Origin: a virus
IMG/VR virus record: IMGVR_UViG_3300026382_000012
Span: 21,767-85,766 of that record
Strand: one strand, 5' to 3'
DNA: 64,000 nt
The position numbers were made by a program, and so were the translations under genes. Shown piece by piece: positions 59,087-64,000 of this stretch. Under the pieces are notes generated by a model. The model was not told where the DNA came from. It worked only from the letters and a program-made list of their open reading frames with translations, and did no database searches. Position 1 is the first letter of the stretch, and every line of letters begins with the position of its first letter.

Positions 59087-60273
59087 ATAGTATTAATAAT
59101 ATTATAACCGATTAAATACGCTGCTGCCCTCAATATAGCAACTTTATTAGAGTAATTATCAATAGTTTTATTATATTTTCTCATTAAAATATCATTTAAT
59201 ATTTCTTTAAGGATTTCTTTAAATTCTTCAACATCTTTATTATGTTTAGAAGAAATTATTGTTTTATCGATTATATCGATAAGATTTTTATTCGAACATA
59301 ATACTTCAGGTTGATATACGCCTATCCTGTTAAGTAATATAACTATTAATTCTTGAAGTTTATCTTTATAAGTCGGATTATGTATTTCAGTAGATATTAT
59401 TTCTATTAATTTAATCGAAAGTTTTGTTTTTTTGTTAATATAATTGATTAAATCGCGCGGATATCTAGCATTTGTCGTTAACACAATATTACTAGCGACA
59501 AGTTCGGATATTTTATTAATCTGTGAGGATTTAGATTCTATATCAGTAATGGTTAATTCTGATTCATCTTGGTTTCCTATTACAGTTTTTGCTGTATGTA
59601 AAGCCTCACCGGATTTATGAGTTTCAAAATACAAATTTGCAAGGCCAGTATTTAATGCGTTATTAAATATTTGATCTATTCTCACAAAACATTGATTGAA
59701 AAACAATTTCAATTTTTTATAATCACTTAAAACATATGCACCATATTTTGAATCAATTGTATCAATAAAATATTTAACTATTAAATCTAGCGGAGATTTA
59801 TATTTCTTAACAAGATTCCTATTAGTCAATTTCTGATTAATAACATAATCCATTACTGATTTGTTACAATACTTAATATATTTATATTTTCGTCCATTCC
59901 ATAACCTAATAAGTATTAGAAATAGTGATAATTTAGCAAATTTATCAAGTTTTGCTTTCTTAAATACATAATATAAGAGGATAAGAATCTGGTAATATTC
60001 ATTACCATACATTTTGGAATTTTTTGGAAACCCGAATTCCTTTTCGAATATGTCTTTAAGTGTATTAATATCAATGCCTAATAAATCAATAAGTTGTTTA
60101 ACTTCTTTTTCAGGTATTTTAAATGACATACAATAACCATCATTTATCGCTTTATTAATAGCGTCTGTATATACAGATGTCGCTATTTGTTGTAATTTTT
60201 GTTGAATGATATTATTTGACTTAACTTCTTTAACTAGCTTGACTGCTATTTGTTTAAAACTGAGCGAATCCAT
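59065..60273 (-). CDS. Hypothetical protein, probably structural
   Basis: ATG 60273 with AGGAG RBS; about 400 aa. Confidence 0.7.
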   Translation of the reverse strand: MDSLSFKQIAVKLVKEVKSNNIIQQKLQQIATSVYTDAINKAINDGYCMSFKIPEKEVKQLIDLLGIDINTLKDIFEKEFGFPKNSKMYGNEYYQILILLYYVFKKAKLDKFAKLSLFLILIRLWNGRKYKYIKYCNKSVMDYVINQKLTNRNLVKKYKSPLDLIVKYFIDTIDSKYGAYVLSDYKKLKLFFNQCFVRIDQIFNNALNTGLANLYFETHKSGEALHTAKTVIGNQDESELTITDIESKSSQINKISELVASNIVLTTNARYPRDLINYINKKTKLSIKLIEIISTEIHNPTYKDKLQELIVILLNRIGVYQPEVLCSNKNLIDIIDKTIISSKHNKDVEEFKEILKEILNDILMRKYNKTIDNYSNKVAILRAAAYLIGYNIINTICVLKKY

Positions 60274-60353
60274 AATCCGTTTCTCCTGAAAGATAGTTAA
60301 CATAAATCCGAATGTTTTATGTATAATACGCTACTATTTGGGATTTAATAAAA

Positions 60354-60375
60354 TGGTACGCCGCGCGGCGTACCA
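60354..60375 (-). terminator. Perfect 22 bp palindrome terminator
   Basis: TGGTACGCCGC|GCGGCGTACCA followed by TTTT on the minus strand. Confidence 0.7.
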
Positions 60376-60378
60376 AAA

Positions 60379-61023
60379 TTAAGATAAAATCAAATCAATT
60401 ATCTTTCTTTTAACATCTCTATACTTTTCAAACATTTCATTAACTAAATCTTCATCTAAATCATTCTCTTTTATATAATCATCTATCTTTTCAACATACT
60501 TTCTATTGATGCCAGAAAATATTACTCTATCAAATAATTCATCGAGTATATTATATTTCTCTACATACTCAATTGACCTTTCTACATCACCAGATTCTTG
60601 AAGTTTTTGACTTAGCAAAACACTAGTTTTTTCAAATTTCGATCTTGATTTATTATGTTGAAGATCACTATAGATTCTTGAAATTTCCTCATTAAGAATA
60701 TCAGCTAGTTTACTAACTAATCTATGTTGTGTTAGAATATCATTTTCGTTTAATTCAAATGAACCATATATATGTGGGTAAAAATCTAATGATTCATATA
60801 TCTCAACTTCTATTTTATAGAGTTCATTAAGTAAGTCTTCTAATTCATTGGATTTGGCAATGATATTTCCATTAGAAAAATTTATAGAAATAAGTTCGAA
60901 AATTGTGGTATCGAACTCTAATTTATTTTCCATTAATTTATAGTCAAACTTAACATCTTTTTTATCTCTAATAGAATATTTATTTTCCTGGAGTATTTGT
61001 TTGATTTGTTCTATATTCATCAC
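60379..61023 (-). CDS. Acidic helical protein, possible prohead core or internal protein
   Basis: Many L/I-x-E sites (LQE, LME, IFE, LNE, IYE, IKE); AAGGAG RBS. Confidence 0.55.
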   Translation of the reverse strand: MMNIEQIKQILQENKYSIRDKKDVKFDYKLMENKLEFDTTIFELISINFSNGNIIAKSNELEDLLNELYKIEVEIYESLDFYPHIYGSFELNENDILTQHRLVSKLADILNEEISRIYSDLQHNKSRSKFEKTSVLLSQKLQESGDVERSIEYVEKYNILDELFDRVIFSGINRKYVEKIDDYIKENDLDEDLVNEMFEKYRDVKRKIIDLILS

Positions 61024-61044
61024 GAATATCTCCTTTTATTAAAA

Positions 61045-63264
61045 TTATTTAAACGGATCGAAAATCTTTAGTAGATGCACAACATTTTCTATACTTGTCT
61101 TTTCAACTTTATTCATATAAGGAAATTTATATGCAATAGATTGTCTATTAGATGAAACGGAGATTATAGAAGGAATCTTGCACTTTCTTACTATGAATTC
61201 TGTATTATATTTTAAATTTGAATTAATTGGTGTTATTATCTTTTTAGGTTCTAAATCATCCCAGTCTAGGTTTGTTATTATTTCTGGTCTGTAGGCTAAT
61301 ACTAAGCTGGCGATGAAATTAATTAATTGTTCAGGAAGTATCAATAAGTAATTAGGGAAAATTAATTCTTTAGTTAACTCTTTTTCGTCAATAGTATATT
61401 TAGTTACCTGTAAATAATTCAGAAACGACTTTAAATATTCACAAAGCACAAAACATATAATATTAGTTTGTATTGCGGCAAATATGTTATCTATAAATAA
61501 AACTATTTTCTCTTTAAATTTACTTGTTATTTCTGATTTCTTCTTAGTATTGATTCTATCGCCGCCCGATATTACACTCAGAATTTTCTCCTCTAACTTA
61601 CTTTCAAAGTAAGTAGTTAGTTCTGTTTCAAGATATATAATATAATCACTAAATATCGCAGAAATTTTATCAATAATAAACATTAAGTCATTACTAATAA
61701 CATTAAATATTTCCTTATTACTGGTAAATACATCAAAACCTAATTCTGATAATATCTTTTTGATATCGTTAGTTGTTTCTATTATCTTGCCTGACTTTTT
61801 ATACTTTTTGATATCTATTTTAAAACATGGTTCGATAATTTGTTTCTGCAGATTTGGTTCGCCGGCTTTAAATAAATCTATAAACGATTTAATTAGATAA
61901 CTATCATCAATATCACTTGCGTCGATATCACGTTTAAGTGTATCTATTCTAATCTTATCAATAATATAATCAATTGTTTCATCTATACTCTTCTTAATCA
62001 AAGGTAAAACATAAGTATTCAAATTAGGTAAATCTTTTAATTGACCGCATTTGTCTTTATTATCTTCTTCTAATTTAACTAGTTGATCGATATTATCTAT
62101 TATGAACTTTACGAGCTTTTCCTTATTGAAATTATAATAATCATTCTTATTAATCAAATTATCTAAATTTTCTTGTATGTTATTTAAAAGATATTCAGGT
62201 ACATCGTCTATTATACTTTTATCCTGTATGTTGATTAGGTTATTAATGTATTTAATTATTGACTCTTTAAATTTCTTCTGTGATAGAATTTTATATGAGT
62301 GTACTACATATTCTGAAAATCTATCGTTTAATTGTGATGAATAATAATGAATATTAGTGCATAATTTTAGGATTGTAAACGCCTGTTTTATTTCACTATT
62401 CGATAATTTATAATACATATCTATATATGAAGATTTAGATGTCTGGTTTATACTATCTAATTTATTGTAAATTGCGTCTAAATATAATGTGAAAAGTTTT
62501 ATCAAATAGATATTTTTCGGATTTAATCGGGCGCCGATTTTACTAAACCATCTCTTAACTCGTTCAAATAAATTCTTACCATCACCTTTTTCAGCACTAT
62601 CAATTAAATCCTGAATAGTTTTAGTCTTGAAAATTCTCTCAAGTCTATAAATATTAGCTAAATTATTTAACGGCAAATCAGTAATAATCGATGCCAACAA
62701 TATCATACCAAAAGCATAATCACTAACTTGATAATTCTTTGTACCTATTACTAATGGAATTCGTATACCATTAACTTCTTTATATGAAACAACTGCTTGG
62801 TATTGCTGATAATATGGATCTTTAAGTATAATATCTTTTAATCTTTTATACAGTTTAGAAGATTTAGAAGAAATTTGTTTTTCAATATCTGATGTTATTT
62901 GATATGTCAAGTAGTTGGAGGTGGTCATGGAAAGTTTTTCTTCGGCGCCCGGTTCTATTATTTTAGATGTTAATTTTTTTAAAATACTATCTTTCACAGT
63001 ACTTATTTCATCACTAATATCTAAAAGTTTCTCAGTTTGTGCTAAAATATTGTAAATATTAATCTCTTTCAATATACTCGCGGCGAAAAATCTTCTTAAA
63101 ATATTATGCAAATTATCTTTAGTAATACTATCTAAAATAATAGCAGGATATATAAAAACAATAGAATGTCTTAATCCACCCAATTCCTTTAGCGGATTCT
63201 CTAATTTTCTAATATCATTTTGTGTTATTTTAGTTATTTTTGAGAATTGTTTATTAACAATCAA
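61045..63264 (-). CDS. Hypothetical protein, probably virion structural
   Basis: 739 aa ORF with GAGG RBS in the structural block. Confidence 0.7.
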   Translation of the reverse strand: MIVNKQFSKITKITQNDIRKLENPLKELGGLRHSIVFIYPAIILDSITKDNLHNILRRFFAASILKEINIYNILAQTEKLLDISDEISTVKDSILKKLTSKIIEPGAEEKLSMTTSNYLTYQITSDIEKQISSKSSKLYKRLKDIILKDPYYQQYQAVVSYKEVNGIRIPLVIGTKNYQVSDYAFGMILLASIITDLPLNNLANIYRLERIFKTKTIQDLIDSAEKGDGKNLFERVKRWFSKIGARLNPKNIYLIKLFTLYLDAIYNKLDSINQTSKSSYIDMYYKLSNSEIKQAFTILKLCTNIHYYSSQLNDRFSEYVVHSYKILSQKKFKESIIKYINNLINIQDKSIIDDVPEYLLNNIQENLDNLINKNDYYNFNKEKLVKFIIDNIDQLVKLEEDNKDKCGQLKDLPNLNTYVLPLIKKSIDETIDYIIDKIRIDTLKRDIDASDIDDSYLIKSFIDLFKAGEPNLQKQIIEPCFKIDIKKYKKSGKIIETTNDIKKILSELGFDVFTSNKEIFNVISNDLMFIIDKISAIFSDYIIYLETELTTYFESKLEEKILSVISGGDRINTKKKSEITSKFKEKIVLFIDNIFAAIQTNIICFVLCEYLKSFLNYLQVTKYTIDEKELTKELIFPNYLLILPEQLINFIASLVLAYRPEIITNLDWDDLEPKKIITPINSNLKYNTEFIVRKCKIPSIISVSSNRQSIAYKFPYMNKVEKTSIENVVHLLKIFDPFK

Positions 63265-63299
63265 CTTAGATTACCTCTTCCAAAACGATAATACATATA

Positions 63300-63719
63300 T
63301 TAAGTATTCTTAGTTTTAATGCCATAAATTTCTTTAAAAAGTTTACCAATTTTATCTTGTCTATCCATTATTTTATCTACTAGTTCTTTGCCGCTACCCA
63401 AAGCAAATTCAACATCAGCTCTAGTCTGAATAGAATGATATTTCTGAAATGCATATTCAATCATTGCTCTATCTTCAGCAGGGATTTTATTTTTAGTGCT
63501 AGCAGGAAGTGCATTATAAATTCTAGATAACATTGCAAATATCAAAGAAATAGCTTTAGCATTATCAGCAACTGAATCATGTATATCAAAAACTTCTTCA
63601 TTTATTTTGTAACGTAGTTGATATTTCTTATGACTATAAGGTTTCTCATCTGGAATTTCTTTGATAACTTTTTTGAACATAAAAGGTTTAACTTGTTTCT
63701 TTTCTATTTTAAAAGCCAT
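63300..63719 (-). CDS. Hypothetical protein
   Basis: ATG 63719 with GGAGG RBS. Confidence 0.7.
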   Translation of the reverse strand: MAFKIEKKQVKPFMFKKVIKEIPDEKPYSHKKYQLRYKINEEVFDIHDSVADNAKAISLIFAMLSRIYNALPASTKNKIPAEDRAMIEYAFQKYHSIQTRADVEFALGSGKELVDKIMDRQDKIGKLFKEIYGIKTKNT

Positions 63720-63746
63720 TATTGTCCTCCAAATTTGTAATAGGAA

Positions 63747-63773
63747 GGACAGGTGAGAGTTACTCACCTGTCC
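63747..63773 (-). terminator. Hairpin overlapping the stop codon of the upstream gene
   Basis: GGACAGGTGAG-AGTTA-CTCACCTGTCC. Confidence 0.55.
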
Positions 63774-64000
63774 AAAGGTTAACTTTTAGGTTATTTACTA
63801 ATATGCCTTTGTTACCTTCAAGTTTTACTCTAATTGCTCTTCCATTCTTCCTAGCAGTCTTGTAAGTAGATTTAATGATATTATTTGTTTCATCATAGGT
63901 TCTGGATAGGAGAACTTGTTCAACTGTTCTATCAGGAACGATAAGTTTCGTTGGTGCTGAAGATTGAGTTGGGATATTGATAAGGTGTTTGTAACCTTCA
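63760..64000 (-). CDS. 3' end of a gene starting beyond the window (possibly a tail fibre or structural protein)
   Basis: Open frame EGYKHLINIP..RAIRVKLEG..LKVNLWTGE*. Confidence 0.6.
   Translation of the reverse strand, partial: EGYKHLINIPTQSSAPTKLIVPDRTVEQVLLSRTYDETNNIIKSTYKTARKNGRAIRVKLEGNKGILVNNLKVNLWTGE

Noticed and set aside
1-64000. Stop-codon reassignment, tRNA or rRNA genes, introns or inteins
   Set aside because: Core genes are full length in code 11; no cloverleaf or rRNA-like region seen; terminase, helicase and portal show no intein motifs or interruptions

Overview
Very AT-rich 64 kb segment of a large T4-like contractile-tailed (myo-) bacteriophage. Two lytic transglycosylases point to a peptidoglycan-bearing bacterial host, and the ORFs read normally in code 11. 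The minus strand carries the virion and packaging genes in two blocks. Block 6.2-17.3 kb holds tail tube, sheath, baseplate gp25/gp26-like genes and a metallophosphoesterase. Block 36.6-64 kb holds major capsid, prohead protease with an acidic scaffold-like tail, portal, DnaB-like helicase, tape measure with SLT domain, terminase and gp6-like wedge. The plus strand carries arrays of 150-290 aa orphan proteins (0-4 kb and 17.3-36.5 kb), and three IS607-family tnpA/tnpB elements sit in or next to these arrays. Main observations: (1) about 19 otherwise highly divergent plus-strand proteins end in the same position-locked C-terminal motif, (E/D)-hydrophobic-x-N-x3-hydrophobic-x2-hydrophobic-COOH, a candidate docking or targeting signal for a diversified effector library; (2) a conserved gene-junction DNA element AACTACTTTAAAGGAG(G) and a candidate promoter TATAGATATTAT belong to the same arrays; (3) short pure-GC micro-islands occur throughout, and local G+T versus A+C skew appears to flip at them; (4) one IS607 insertion site can be reconstructed exactly, two omegaRNA scaffolds covary, and one intact TnpB sits beside a dead transposase. 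All calls come from reading motifs by eye; no database searches were run.
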